From: Lineus longissimus
Lineage: Eukaryota
Length of the DNA: 64,000 nucleotides
Assembly: GCF_910592395.1 (NCBI RefSeq)
Contig: NC_088308.1
Coordinates: 682,001 to 746,000 of the forward strand
Direction: 5' to 3'
Part shown: in pieces, positions 25,937 to 40,900 of the stretch
Numbering within the stretch: position 1 is the stretch's first letter
How the letters are laid out: the number at the start of each line of letters is the position of its first letter
Program-made: the position numbers and the translations under genes
The notes under the pieces: model-generated
What the model saw: only the letters and a program-made list of their open reading frames with translations
What the model was told of the DNA's origin: nothing
Databases searched by the model: none

Positions 25937-28900
25937 TCAATGCGTGAACTCTGGTAATTCCTCCTCTTCTTGATTGTTGATCCAATCTTCATCGAACAAT
26001 GACGCATCAATAGTATGGCGGCGTCTTTGTTTGGGTTTGGCCGGTACTGTGTCACTGTTAGGAGAATCGTGACTTATTACAGGAGATTCAGTCTCGTCAA
26101 TGATGGTATCCCATTGCCTTTGATTAGGTTTGGTCAGAATCATGTCAATATCATGAGAATCTAGACTCATCGCAGGAGATTCCATCACACTTTGATGTGG
26201 TACTTCTCTCTGGGCATCATCTGAAATGCATAGACAATGACATCAGAAAGACTTATTAGAAAATTCATTGAAGCAGAGGTGTTACCAAGGCCAGCTACAG
26301 TCTGCATGTATCATTATGAGCTTTTCAATTTCCTATGTGTGGAATGGCTTGGATGAAAGCAGTGTTAACCTGAGCTGAGCTGTGCATGAGAACATGTGTT
26401 TGACAGCAGTGCACAAAGAGGCACACAGTCCCCAGAGAGGAGCTGCATGCCTCAATATGCGGTGAGAACTTCATCCCTGGCATGGCATGTGAAGAAAAGA
26501 TTACCCCATGAGTGTTCCTCTATCTGGGTGACTTGAGACGTGTCTGGAGTCTGGACAACTTGTGAATGTGTCTTCTTGAGTCTTTGCTTCCTTTTGCCCA
26601 TCTGATTTGATTGCACTTGTTCCTCTCCCAAGGACCTCTTCTGCTGGAGGAGTTTCTTGAAGCTGGCCAAAGCAGTGGAAGACTCTTGCACTCCATTTGG
26701 ATACCCTGGATAAGACACACAATTATCCTTGGTAAGATTATCAAGGAAACTAAGCGCTGTCACTTGGGATGTACTCATTGGTTGTTTGGATGCCCTGTGC
26801 GACTTTGGCAGCCAACACGAACTTTGATAGAGATGCCTCAGTGCCGAAGCAGAAGTTATATGATGAGTGAGGGACCTCCACTGAAAGAGATAGATGTACT
26901 CTCTAGCTTGTATGCTGTAAAGCGAACTTTCTAGCTCTAGGAAGCATCTCTTGTGTATGAGAATTTGGATTCTCAGATTCAGAATCTCTTCCACAAAGGC
27001 ATGATAAGGATGTTGGTGTCTCAGAGGAGAGGAAGCTGTCCTTCAAAAATTGATGCAAAAACTACTCACCTCGACAGTGCTGGATTATTTTGCCCCACAG
27101 AATGTTCTTGCTGAGGTTTTTCATGTTCCCAACAATCAGCAGATGATTTTTGGCTCTTGTCAGGGCAACGTTAGTCCTCCTGTTGGTAAACAACAAACAA
27201 GTTATTAAAATCATCCATCCAAGACAACCAGTTTGATATTGTGTTAGCTGCCCTCAATGGTTGTTTTTTGCTTTGTCTCTTGTCAGAATTTGTTGCATGC
27301 ACTATAGATGGGAGCATATCGGGCTTACTGGCCAACTGACTCCATCTTTAGTCATGGTGGCTGATAGGAGTCAATCAAAAGCTTCTTACACATGTTTCTA
27401 ACTTGGGTGGAGTGGCTTACTTGCCCTGGCATAGGAACAAGATAGTTAAGTTATAGAAGAACTCTTTCTTGGCTTTTACATCTCATACAAAACAATGATT
27501 CCAAAATGCCTCTATTTTCAAGATCCTTCTGCCACTGTATGGATGGTGTATGTTCGGCTCAGGCATGAAATACAATCTTTTCAGCAAAATGATCAACTTA
27601 CTGTTCTGAATCTATAAATCCCACAGCTTGAGTTCGGACACAGGAGAGTATGATGATATCCTTCTCTCCGCCCTGGAAGGCGTCTACGGTCGATATCTGG
27701 ATGGACTTCAGTTCACTCTCATACGAGGCACTGCAAAGGAAAGCGATCATCTTCAAGACGTAAGAAGGTTATCAAAAATCTCTGAGCAGATTGCTTGTCA
27801 TACTTTACGCATTGCAGAAGAAAGCATGTACATGTATTGTAATAGCACAGTTTTTTGGATCAACTTCTCAGATTCATTCAACTGAGAACCACTCTTTTGG
27901 CACTCACCTGCATGCTTGTAGAGCCACTCCCAATCTCACCATCTGGGCTCTGTATAACGTGATGACACCAATACTGGCCGCCTCAACCCCCAACATGAGC
28001 ATCATATCAATGAGCGAAATGACAAACTCCACTTCAGTCTCATTGTAGAAGCTCCCGACACCTCCACGTTGCTCTCGGCCAGTTGACACATTGTAGAAAC
28101 ACGAGGTGGGCAAATCAGGCTGAAACATTGAGGTGAAGCACAATACTTTTCTCAAGTATTAGTAACAAAGCAAAGAGAATATATGAAGAGTTCAGATAGC
28201 AAAGAGAACAATTAGACATTGATACCCAGGATGGCAATTAACGAGAGAGCTAAATTCAATGAGACATCGTCGGTCCTTGACTCCTTTCTCTCATGCGCTC
28301 TAGTTGAGCAGTTTGTACCATAGCCAGGCATATACATGTAAGAGGGAGCTATCAGCAGCTGAAGCCCAGAAGTGGATGCTTCCACTGTCATATCTGACAC
28401 TTTGTAGGCCACTCGGGATGTAGGGTACTGATAGATACTCACAAGTAAAGGTGGCCTTGCTGTTGGTTCTATGCCATCAATGAGTTGGTTATTGTAGAAG
28501 AGGGAGTTTGCAATGGTACTGATGCGTGGATGACATCGGTACTGGGTCCTCAGGAGTGTAGAATCATAGCCCTGGAGTAACAACAAACCTGTGAGACACA
28601 GCATGTCTTCAACAGCTAACACTAATGGAGCAGGATATCCATATTGTTCATTAGCATCTCCCATTTGGGAAAGATCCATTTTCTGTTACCGGTACATAGA
28701 TCAGTGATCAGTGATGGATCCAGGGAGAGGGGCAGGGGAGTGGCACCCTTCTGCGAACCAAAATACGCAGCTGGGAGCCCCATCTCTCCCAGGCTCTTAT
28801 CGTTATAGCTCTGCTCTCGATGATTGTTACTTGTAAACAGAACGACACAGTACAATATTGTTGAATTTGCAGAAATGGGCACTTACCATTTTCAAGAGGC

Positions 28901-31900
28901 GGTCAAACAACGTCTGTTCAAGACCATTCAGGTGGGCAGCCTCTGATCCCTGCAGAGTGGGACCAAGTTGCTGAAAATACATTTCAGGCCTGTTATCAAC
29001 GGTAGGGCAATAACTCGCCTAATATCTTTCGAAAAGTTATCAAAAGAAACCACAGGTCTTTACTGTTTTGAAGCCACAAAAGGTCTAACATTTTCTAATC
29101 ACTGAAACAAATCTGACTTTGAGTAGAAACCCGGCAACTTGCGTGCTGGTATTGGGTTTAGTGACGCCAACTACATGTATGGGTACAGCAACCCAAAGTA
29201 GGTCATCTGCAGAAAGATATTTACCTTGGGATCTCCAATCAACACCAGTTTTTCACACTTGAACCTGGCGATGGGGAGGAGTGAGGATGGTTCAGTGATC
29301 TGGCTGCACTCATCTAGAAACACAACCTGAGGGGAGGAGTAACAGAACCAGATGGTTTAACCTATAACTGTTGGCAAGGCACTTCACTGACTAGGTCAGT
29401 ATCCTCTTAGGCAGGAGAATCCTGGTTGCTGAGTCACTGTTAGTCGAACTAATAATCCCAGATATGACAGGTCCTGATGTTAAGTTCGAACATTGATCAT
29501 ACTGTCCTACTGTGACAACCCAAAGACAAGTTTGGCTGGTGGAGCGGTTTGCTCATTCCATGCTGTGCACCATGACATACTCACAGGAAAAACCATCTTC
29601 TCCATGCATGGGAAGGGACAGGCAGCACAGGTCGCACCAACAACACGAGCACTTGTCAGCTTCTGAAAACGAGAGAGAAACAAATCAGAATGTTTTTCCC
29701 ACCAAGGGCCCTATTGTTCATGTCTTTGATGACAACAGGAATACAGAGGAGCAGTATATGCTGACAATGGTTATAAGTAGCCTGAACAAACACTGAATGC
29801 ATCTTCCAATCGTTAGAGTTAAGCAGAGAACTATCCACCTCTACACACTAGTGGTGTGATGGAATTCTTCGATGTATTCTGTGCATGCCGGCTACTGTCT
29901 GCTCCCGGCCCAAACTAGCACTTGGCCTAGACTTACAGCAGAGATGAGTGATGTCACATTGATATTAAAGGAAGCTTACAACCTCAGTACCCATCTGTTC
30001 TCTCCCTAAATCCTCACCTTCTTGTTCCTACCAAGGCGGTGTTGCTCAATACTTTTCCTCACACAACTGCAATAGAAAACAAATTAGATGATGCACTTTT
30101 TTCTCTCATTATTTCATCTTAGGGAATCCTTCAAGGTACATTTGTACTGAAAAAAGACAGGCAGCTCATGCATCAATGGTGTCAAAGGCAACAAGAGATT
30201 CAATGAAGAGATGTCCTGAGGGCCTAAATTAGGATATTCTAGGACACATACCAAGTTCTATTCTGCAATAGGATTCTTACTGTTTCTCAGTGGGTGTGAG
30301 CTCAGACCGCAGCATGTCTTGAAGGTCCTTCAGTTCCTGAGACTCTGTGCCTGAAGCATGCACGCTGTAAGGAAGCACTGGCTTGGCAATCTTCTTGACA
30401 CTGCCTACCCTCACAAAGTCATCATAGCCCATGTCAAGCAACCTGGAAGAGATGAAAAAGGGATGATATCTGTAGTCTTATCTTCTCATGCTTTGGTTGG
30501 TTGACGACAGAGGGATAGTGTCACTGGCTAATGCTCTAGCACTTCCCCTGACCCTCAGTTCATGACACTTGTCATTGTGCTGGGAGTGGCACTGCTGGCT
30601 GAACCCAGACTTGAGAAGGCAGCCACTGAATAGGGAGATTCCCCTATCCTTCGTGAATGAGTGCAAGGGTTCGTTTTGGTGCAGTACATACTCTACTCAG
30701 CCTTTATTATCCAGAAGAGCAACGCTGGAAGTATTTGTCCAGGTGGGGACCGAACCTATGCATCACAACTGATTGTCCATTGAGAGTCCAGCGGCTGAAG
30801 AAGCAGTGATTTACCCCATCAAGATCCTGTCCACTGCGACATTAGTAGTTGAGGATATCAATATCTTCCAAGGGAATGGTACGCCCGGAGTATGGATGTC
30901 ACTGTGGTTGAAGACGGCATCGAGGAACATCACGAGGACAGCAAGCAGATAACTCTTGCCAGCACCAAACACACCTGGGGATGATAAAGCATATCAGTAG
31001 ACAAACATCTATGAAAGTACATGTAGGTGCGTATTCAACTTGCGACACATAAATGTGAGCCTCATTGTCCCCTAAGTTGTAATATGAGACATCACTTGAC
31101 GATGAGACAGTAGGACTGATGTCATTTGATGTCACTGCTACCATTTGAGGTAAAGCTGGCGATGGTGACTATAATGATGACAGTTTAGATTATGAGCCTA
31201 AAACCATCATACAGGGCCACTTCTTGGATGAGTGGCACAAATGAGTACAATTTTTCCAGGAGTACTCACCATGGATAAGCTGTACGGCAGATGCGCCCTC
31301 CTTCTCTGAGTCAAACATGTCAGCTATACCCCTCAGAGCTGATGCCTGATCAACATTGAGGCAGTACTTTTCAGTAAAAGTTATCACTTCTTCTTCCTAT
31401 AAGGAAAGCAAAAGATAAATTCAGCTCTACTGTTCGCTATGAGTCACTGGAGTATCTACAGTTGCCACTTCTCTAAGTTAGCCCAATTACGGCAATGGTG
31501 ACCACACACTCTCACAAATGAGAGGTTTGTAAATAGATTCAGTCACAGGATGCACCACTGTCCACAGAAGCAAACTTTACAACTGTGTAGCATATGTCAA
31601 AGCTTACAAGTCATTACATTAGTTTTGAGCAAAGGACTCAAACTCAAGCAAATCCTTCCTAACAACATACTCACCAGCAAATGCTCTGGGATGTAACATT
31701 TTTTCTCGAGCTCTTGGAAGGGGGTGGTCACAACTCTTGGGGCAGAGAATCCAGACCTGCTACTTGTACAATCACCTTGCATACGTCTCGAGAGGGATTT
31801 TAACGACTCCCTAAAATGCAAACATAGAATCAACAGATGTCATGATGAGTTATTTCTGCCAGACTTTCACTGCCGATGGTGGAACAGTGGTGTAGAGATT

Positions 31901-34900
31901 GGTTTTCGAACTTAAGCAGCTGTACTGTCACCTTGGGTTCCATCCCAGTCAACCAGACCACTTCCTCATGTGACACAGAGAACGGCTTTATCTGATGTGG
32001 ATGATAGAACGATGACACAATAGAATACTAGAACCACTAGGACCACTTCCTCATGTGACACAGAGAGTGACTTTATCTGATGTGGATGATAGAACGATGA
32101 CACAATAGAATACTAGAACAATACAGATGATACTTACAGTTGAATAAGATGCGAGACAATTGGGGGCGATTTAGCCTCCAGATGATCTTGAATGGTTGAT
32201 ATGCATGTGAACTCAGATGCTGCATTACAGGCAAGGATGGCATGACACACCACTGGAAGATAACATGGATCAACATCATTGAAAAACAACCTGTAACTTT
32301 TGATAGAAATAACTGACTGAGTTGGAGACAAAATCTCCTATTGGCCAACTTTCCTCTAATCGAACAGTATGTGACACACTGTGACACATCAGCTTATATT
32401 TACCTCCACTCGTCCATTTGGATGATGAGAAGCCAGTCACAGGATCAATCTGAACTTCATTTGTGGAGTTTGGGCCGTAGAATGAACTCTTGGCGATGAA
32501 TGTGCAGTCAGGTTCAAAACTGAAATCACGGGACACGATCCACAGGTCATCTGAAAACACATCAACATGATTTCCATGGTAACACCATCAGTTAGCATTG
32601 CATCCCGACACTGATGAAGACATGAGATATCAGCTGGTTTACTATATGAGGCTGATCGTTTACCAGGACTGACACAGGCACCCAGGCCATGAAATGTACT
32701 GCACAGACTCCATCTTTAATACTGTCACAACTACGAATTCTCAAACTCTAAACTTTGTCTCTCTCTCTCTCAGGTAACCTTAAGTCTAGGACATCAATAG
32801 TGCAATCATGTAACACCCTGAGACTTTGAACAAGCAAGCCGAAGCAAGATGACAAGGCTTAGAGATTACCTTTGGAATAGGAGCCTGCACCTTCTTTCCT
32901 TGACAGCTTCAAGTAGAACTTTTTCTTTTCTTCTTCATCCCTTCGTTTCCGTGCCCAAGCCTAGATGAAGGAAAGATGATAAGTACGTTGTATTGAGCAA
33001 CAGACTGTGGTAGCTAAACCCTCTTTGAACAACAAACAATGGAAGAATCAGGGTGATGTGACACCATGATTATCATTCATTAGCTTGGAATACTTGGTCA
33101 AGGAGAGTAACTTACAGGGAAACCTTTAGTATGATGTCTCTCTGGGCCCTTCCTTAACAACTGACACTCGCAATAAAACCGCACGCCCTGTCCCCTGAAG
33201 TATGTGTTGATGCTGTGGGGGTCTGAGAGCTCGAGCCGGTACACTTTGCTCTGCTGTGAGGCACCACCTGCACCTTTCTTGAGTTCATCTGCCCATTTGA
33301 AATACTGAAAACAAAAGGGTACTCCTGACGTGTCATATGCAGCCTTGTTTGCTCAAGATGTCCTCATGACCCCAAAGATATATTGTACATGTATGACCAG
33401 ACCCTTGAGTGAGACATCCAAGTGGACTTGTTTCCAACAAAGAGAATACTGTGTACAGCAAGATGGTCTGAACTGATCCTTCTCAACACAGTAAATAGAC
33501 ATTATTATTATCTAGGCTGGGAGTTGGTAGTAACCCTTACCAGTCTTCAACTCATGATGTACTATGTAGTTGGGGTGATTAAAACTTGACAGTGAATTCC
33601 CTCTGTTTGATACAACCCAACAAGAGATGAGAAAAAAGTCTGAATGCCTTCTATATCCTTACAATCACCTGTCTTACCTTGCACTGTTCATTCCTAGCAG
33701 CGTTACAGCTGAAGAAAAATCTCCCCTGAAATATAAAACAAAGGTGTGAAAGGTTCTTGTCGCAGAGGGTTAAACAAGGAATTCATCCACACTATACATG
33801 TAAACCATAAAAGAAGTCACATGTCACTGGGACAGCAAGAGCTGCTAAAACGCCAAATATATACAGAGTATAAAAAAGTACCTTGTTTTTTCCATCCTTT
33901 CTCACTTGAACTATTTTGGATGGTTGGCCATGCTCGCAAGCTGGGTTGTTGTTGGAGGATGCAGTTGCTTTGAATCGGCTATAAGATGAGGTGTTCGCTG
34001 AAACTACAAGGATGAATAGAACAACCACGCTCAGTGTGAGGAGTCAGCAAGATGACTACCAACAAGTTGAAACAGGCCGCTCAAACAAAACTTGTCTTCG
34101 GCCTCCTTGTGAGTAATTTGCTAACATCAGAGAACTCTCCATGTCACTGAGATAGCATCACGGCACAGATACAAGTACCAGTAAGACTCAAGGTCTAGTG
34201 ATTTGTCCTTTTCGCCTTAGCCCACCGAACCCAATGTTTTGACCGCATGTAGTTCAGCATGACAGAAACTGGACCATGCAGCCCCTCTATCATAAGCAAG
34301 GGGTGCATTGACACAACAGTGAGCTATTGAAATGATCTAACACGATCATATGCACTGCTGACATTGCAAATGAGCCAAATAAACTCACCTCCCACTGAGG
34401 GTCTGTACTTTGAAACATCAGCTCTCTCTAATGCATGGTGGTACATCTTTGAAACAGTGAACAGGGTGATATTCAGGTGTTCTGGAACACAAATTTGAAA
34501 GTGAAGCAATGAAGAAGAGGAAGGCTTTTGAAAGATGCCAAATGCAAATAGAACAATGTCATGGTACAAGGAAAGCTAGGGATACATATGTTGATCCATA
34601 ATATACAGTGGAACCCCGGTCAGCGACCACCCTGGTAACATGACCACCCCGCTATGACGACCAAGAATGAATGCTACCATGATTTCTGTTAAAAACTTCA
34701 TTGTAGCAAATTTATCATGCTACAGATGAAAAACAATTTCAAGTCCAAATATTATTTTCACTTTTTTTTCGACTCAAAATGAAGAAACATCATCAGTCTC
34801 AAAAGTTTTTTGACTTTGAAAATTTTTCAGAATTTTGAACTTATGAATAAGTTCAACAATTTTGGGGGGAAAACCTAATCATGCATTTTGTCCCCGGATT

Positions 34901-37900
34901 TTCAACTTCACTAACGCGACCACCCTGGTAATGCAACCATTCAACCTCGGTCCCATGAGTGGTCGTGTTACCGGGGTTCCACAGTAGTCATTTTTGAATA
35001 AACTGTCAGAAAATTGAACTTATCTCACCTCTTAGAGCTGATGTGATGACCTGCTTGTAAACTGGGACACTCGGGAAGGTAGTCTGGATCGTGACCTGGC
35101 GCACTGGCGTTGGTTTTGATTCAACTTCTTGTTGACTGGGAAAGGCCAATTCTCCACCAAGACTCCTCTGAAACAGGAGAGAAGTTTAAAACTGATGATG
35201 CCTTCTTCGTTTACAACAAAGCATTCACAGCCAAATCCACAGACGTTAGCTGTGCCTACGATCCTATCAACTGATGTCTCATCCTGGCAGCCTTCTAATG
35301 CATAGTGTAAATATGCACTAGGAGAACATCTCCACCTGCTGCTGAAGGAGTGAATGGCAGGACCGGTGATCTGTGCACAATCTTTTTATGGTGGAGGCCC
35401 AGGCAGACCATCTCCAAACCACACATGTAGCAATGACACTCAAGTGACTATAGCCTAGTGTCGGAACCTCAGCAATTGGTAAGGTCTATATATCTGTATT
35501 GGCCGGAACTTATGCATTGTGCAGCTGAACAAAACAAGTCCCATTTGGGAGAGTGGAATGGTGTTCATTGTGATCTGGCGACAGCCCAGCAGAGTAATGA
35601 AATGCGAGTCGGCTCAGTAAAGGTCAACCAAACCACACTGGACACTATGATCAATGATACCATGATCTTACCTCCCCTTTAGGAGCAACAGAGAAACCTC
35701 CCATCACAGGCGTGCGAAACACAGACAGCGCCGGTGACGACTTCACAGTCACCTTCTCCTTGTTCTTTCTGTACCCTTCTATCCATGGTTTGTCCTGCAC
35801 ATCATCAGAGATAATCATCGGTGACACAATCTCTGGTGAATCAAAACTGCCTGGCGTTCGAATATCCACAAGCTGAGGAGCTCTTTCAGGTGATATGAAA
35901 TTTGAATTTGTACATGTACTCCTTGCTTTTGAAAAAGAGTATGCTTTTTGCTGTGATGCAAAGTTTTGACCACCAGTACCATACCCTCCACTTGAGGGTG
36001 CAAAACCACAAGACTGTTGACAATTACCATTTGGCTTCAGTGCAAACAGTTTGTCAAACTTGGAGCTGTCATGAGTTGGTGTCTGCTGATAAGATTGTAT
36101 CCGAGAAGCCAATTTGTTTGAGGAATAGGGACCATGGTTTTCAGGAGTACCTGAGTATGAGTTCGTACCATGAACATTTGGTAAGTTTTGCTCCACAGAA
36201 AGATGACTGTTCAAAGTACTCCGATTGTAGGCCACATCTCTCGAGTCATTTTCAATTTGACAAGAACTTGATTCTTTCCAACTGAAAGTTTGTTTTGGTG
36301 GACTAAACCGCCCATGATAATGGGTTGGCTTGTCTATGGCACCGTCATTACCTGACCTATTATATCTGTCCCATTTTGATGACACATGGTTCGTTTTCTC
36401 AGTCGTTTTGTACTCATTAACATCACACGTCCTAGCATTAACACCACCTTTCTTGGGAGCAATTCTGTTAGTGTTCGGGTATCGAAGCTTTGGAACGACA
36501 TCACAACAAGAATCAATAGAACAGTTTTGAACATGAGAACCTGTCTTCCCAAGCCTCCAACTCATTTCATTCTGATAGTTCTCCTTCTCACTGTAGTTAT
36601 TGCCATGAGGCGGAAGGGAGGGTATGGATGAGTAGATGGGCCTACTTCTCACCTCACAATGTCTATCCATGTTCTGACTTTGAGACGTCTGAAAGCCGGA
36701 CACATTTAAATCATCTGAATCAAGCGAGATATCCATGTCCATATCTGACTTTGTCTCTTCACTGAACTGATTTCTGCCAAAACTAATCTTGGAATAAAAT
36801 TTTGGCGATGCCACTGGTAGAGGTACTCGGTTAAGTTGACTTCTAGCATTGACACCTTGAAACTCAGGTAGTCCTTGTGGGAACTCTGCTTCACACATAC
36901 TGTCAAAGTCCTGAGTGAAGAGTTCAGGTGAATCACAGTTTTCCAATGGCGGAACACCATGTTGAATGCTTGGGGAATCCTCCTGAAAGTTCTCAAGCAG
37001 ACTCTGCAGAGTTTTATCACAACTTCCTGCACTTGTACCTTGATCATGACATTCGGGACTCAGTTGTCCAGGAATATCATGAGTCAAGACCTTCAACTGA
37101 GATCCTCCATGGTGTGAGTAAGCTTGAGACTGGCTGTACGTATCAAATCTCTGCTCATCGTCAAATGGCATTGATTTCAGCGGTTTTCTCTCCTTTGTCG
37201 CAGGCACATCTGGGACCGTGAAAACGATTGCTTGTTCTTGGGTCTGACCTGAAAAAAACGCAATATTTTACCCTGAACAAGAAAACATCAACAACTTCAT
37301 GGTCTGCTGAAGCTTTCCACCTATAATACCACATATCTGCATGTTGGGGTTATTTGGGGCGTTTTGCGTGGTAGCCAGCAGTGTTAACCACTTGGCTAGG
37401 AGAAAATTGGTGACTTCAGGTACTTACTGTCAAATGGGAGAGCATCCTCTTCAGGCACATGGTGAATCAACTGGTCATCATGATCCTTGGTGTTTGACAT
37501 CTGACTAGCTAGTGGGACCTCTTGGCCTGGAGATGACTGAAATATCAACATGATTCGAATGACCCTCATGATTCACACCAAATCTTTGAGTCAACTTTGT
37601 TCTATATGTGAGAGTCTCACTGAGAGTGACTGCATCGCTGATGTGGTTGTCAGTTCTAACTTCTGGTTACCAATGTTTTGATTTGGATGGCTAGTCCTCC
37701 TAACCCATTTGAAATCACCATGTTATATACAGAGCTCATGATGTTCATCACACTAGTACTTTCCAAATGACTGTGTAAATGATAAGGTCAAGACCACTAC
37801 CTACCGCTGAAGACTGATATCCAGTAAGATTTGGACTGAAGTTAAACTCTGATTTCTGCATGAAGAAGTTCAACTTGTCACTCAGACTGACCACCTGTTT

Positions 37901-40900
37901 TGAGTTGAAGTCCAGGCAGTAGAGACTTGGCTCAGCCTCCGTCACCCTCGGGTCTTCTTCTGAAATTATATGTGTATATGCAGATGAAAGGGTGAATGTA
38001 CAAGATACATGTATCTCAGGTTTAGGCTTCATTCAAATGATGAGACAAACAATGTAAGTGACTTGCCCGAGATAACAAACAATACATCCGTGTTGGGTGG
38101 CCTGTAAGAGACATCAGGTACAAGGAATCTCAGGTTTACGTCGGATGAGGCAAAGGAACTAAAGTGACTTGCCCAAGATAAATACAAATGTGTCACTACA
38201 TGTAATGGTATGGAACACAGGATCTTCAGATTTGTGAGCTCAACACCTGCATGTTATCTACAAGACCATACAGTGACACTGCATATCATTCAAGATTGAC
38301 AGCTTACCAACATAATCGACGAGGTCTGGCTGCTCATGGACTTGAGGTAGCTTGTCGACAGGGACAGCCGTTTCAGCAGTACGCCGCACCACAGCTCCGG
38401 ACTTTGACCATCGGGGAGTATACAAGGTTTCTTTTCTCTGGCTCTGAAGGTAGAACAATTAGCCACAATACAACATGTAGTTAGTCATAAAGGATTAGGT
38501 CAGTTTAGGGATGAAGTGCTAAGTGGATAGTGTCAATATTTAGCATTGTTGAGTTTGGTAAAAGGAGGATGTCAGTAATAAAGTAACCCTACAGATATAA
38601 GTCCCCTTGGCTCAAATAAGTACCTGATGATCTTTCATAATGTCAGCGTCCTGACCAGCCATCCTTCTCATTGATTCTCCAACACCAGGACAGGATTCTG
38701 ATTGAGGCTGACCGGCATCACGGCACGAAGTGTGCACTATTCTCTGTGATACAGGATCATCTCCATCGCGAAGTGTCCTGCTTGGCTGAGATGCAAGTGG
38801 CTGGAATAGTCCACCCTGTTCCACCAATTCCATCATTCCAAACTTGTTTGCATTAGCCGTGCTGCCCTCTTGAACAGATTGTCCTCTAGTGTGCGATGCT
38901 GGGGGTAAGGATTCAAATTCAAGATGGCCAAAGCAGTTCCTTCTATTCTCTATGTCTCTAGTTTCTGGCCTGTCTCCCCTACCACACATATCCTCACTTA
39001 CATTTTCACCTGGCAGAAAAGCTGATACAAGACGTGACCCGAGGCCCATTGGCTTGATCTCCATTGGTCTTCTTAAAGCCAGGACCCTTTTCTGCAGCAC
39101 ACAATCATGATCACCAACTTCAGGTAAAACAACAGGTACGAACGTTCCTGGCCCCTTTTCAAGAACTGAGTCTTCTATAGCCGACTGGCTCTCCCCTCCT
39201 AGGGTACAGCCAGTCCCTAAAGTGTCCTGAGTCCATTGCTCAGACTGGGACTCCCAGGACTGCACATTCCTCTCTTGAATCAGTCGAGTTGAATCTTGAG
39301 AACAAGCCATCCTTTCTGAATCACTTTCCATATGATTTTTATTTTGAACACCATTGGTTCTACCATTCCTCAAAGTTACGTCATCATTCATCATGTATTC
39401 TGCCCTATTTGCCCAAACCAGACTGTCCACTTCTGCTTTAGCCTCTCTATCACCCCTAGTATCGTCACAATTCACAACTAGCTTTGTTTTATTGAAACAC
39501 AGACCACTAGGCCCATCCAACGGTTCAGAGGTCGGGCTCTGATCTAATGAAAATGACTGCTGCTTTCCTGATGCTATCAAATCTCCTTCCAACTGCCCCA
39601 TGAAGTGCGCACTCATGCCAATGACACTCTTTGGTGTATCAGCCAAACTAATTTCATCCAAATGTTCAAGTTTCTGACAAACTAGTGAATGAGAAGTTGT
39701 AGACCCAGAGTATGTAGTCTCAGAATAATGTTCATCGTTACCCTGTAAAGTTTGTCCCAAGTCAGCAAGAAAGGGTTTATCCAGAGAACTATTACAATTC
39801 TCAACAATATCAGCCTCATCTTTATCAGGTTTGGAGTCAATGTTCTCAGCCTCCACTGCAATCTTACCAATATTAATATTTGACGAGAATGATCCCTTGC
39901 CAGTGTTTTCATTTGCAGGCAAATCTGTGCTGAAAACCAATTCAGCACCATGACACGAAACCAGCTCCAGCTGATCTGATGACTGACTAACATCAGGACT
40001 TTGAAAAACACAACTTTCTGATTTCAGTTCAGCGCAAGCAAGATCAATGTTACATGTATGTTGGCTATTTTCCATGTACTTAGCCTCAGACAAAGCCTTG
40101 GGTTCATCAATGCATTCTTCTACAGTATTCACAGGATTTGAAGTGTTAAGAGCGACGTTAGGCCTACAGCCTTCAAGACATTCAGTTTTACACAATGGAG
40201 AAGTTGATGAATTTATAAGTATATCACGATCACGACTATGAAAAGCTGCTTGTGATTGTGACTTTATATCACAGCTGACTGAAGTTTGACTACGTGGCAC
40301 ATCCTGATCGACTCTCACATGCAGCCCTTTGGGGACCATGTCATCATTATCAAGTCCTGGCTCATGAGCACCAAGTTGCATTTGGTGACATCTTTCATTT
40401 ACTTTTTCTGTACAGGTAACACTCGTAACAGAAACATGTTTATCAAGACCACAGCAGTTTTGAATTTCTTTCATACATGATCCAGAATTCATTTTCTCAC
40501 GTGGGCTCTTGTGCTGAATCTGGTCACATGCACGTCCAGGTTGGTCAGAGGCAGACTGCACACCACGATTATCACATTTTGTTTCTGAACCAATCAGAGC
40601 AAGAATCTGGGACTTGTTACGCCGAAGAGGGATAGGTGGGACCACAGTCTCTTTCATGGATTCTAGCGACGATGTCTGTTCTGGTCCTGGACACTCTGCT
40701 AGTTGCTTTGATGTGCGGAGACCAGGTTTGCCGAAGCTTGGTATTCGTTTTTCTGATTGGTGTGCCTTGTCTTTCCCGTCTCGGGGAACACTTCCAATTC
40801 TACTTAACGCTACACCATGATTGCAACAGGTCTCTCCAAGATTCCGAGTCATTCCTGCTAGGTTCAATAAAGAAGGTGCTGATTGATTTCCTTTGGACCT

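Noticed and set aside
26707..26994. Separate 180-aa gene at 26452-26994
   Set aside because: Only 26706-26505 fits as the penultimate ZGRF1 exon; the rest is intronic read-through.
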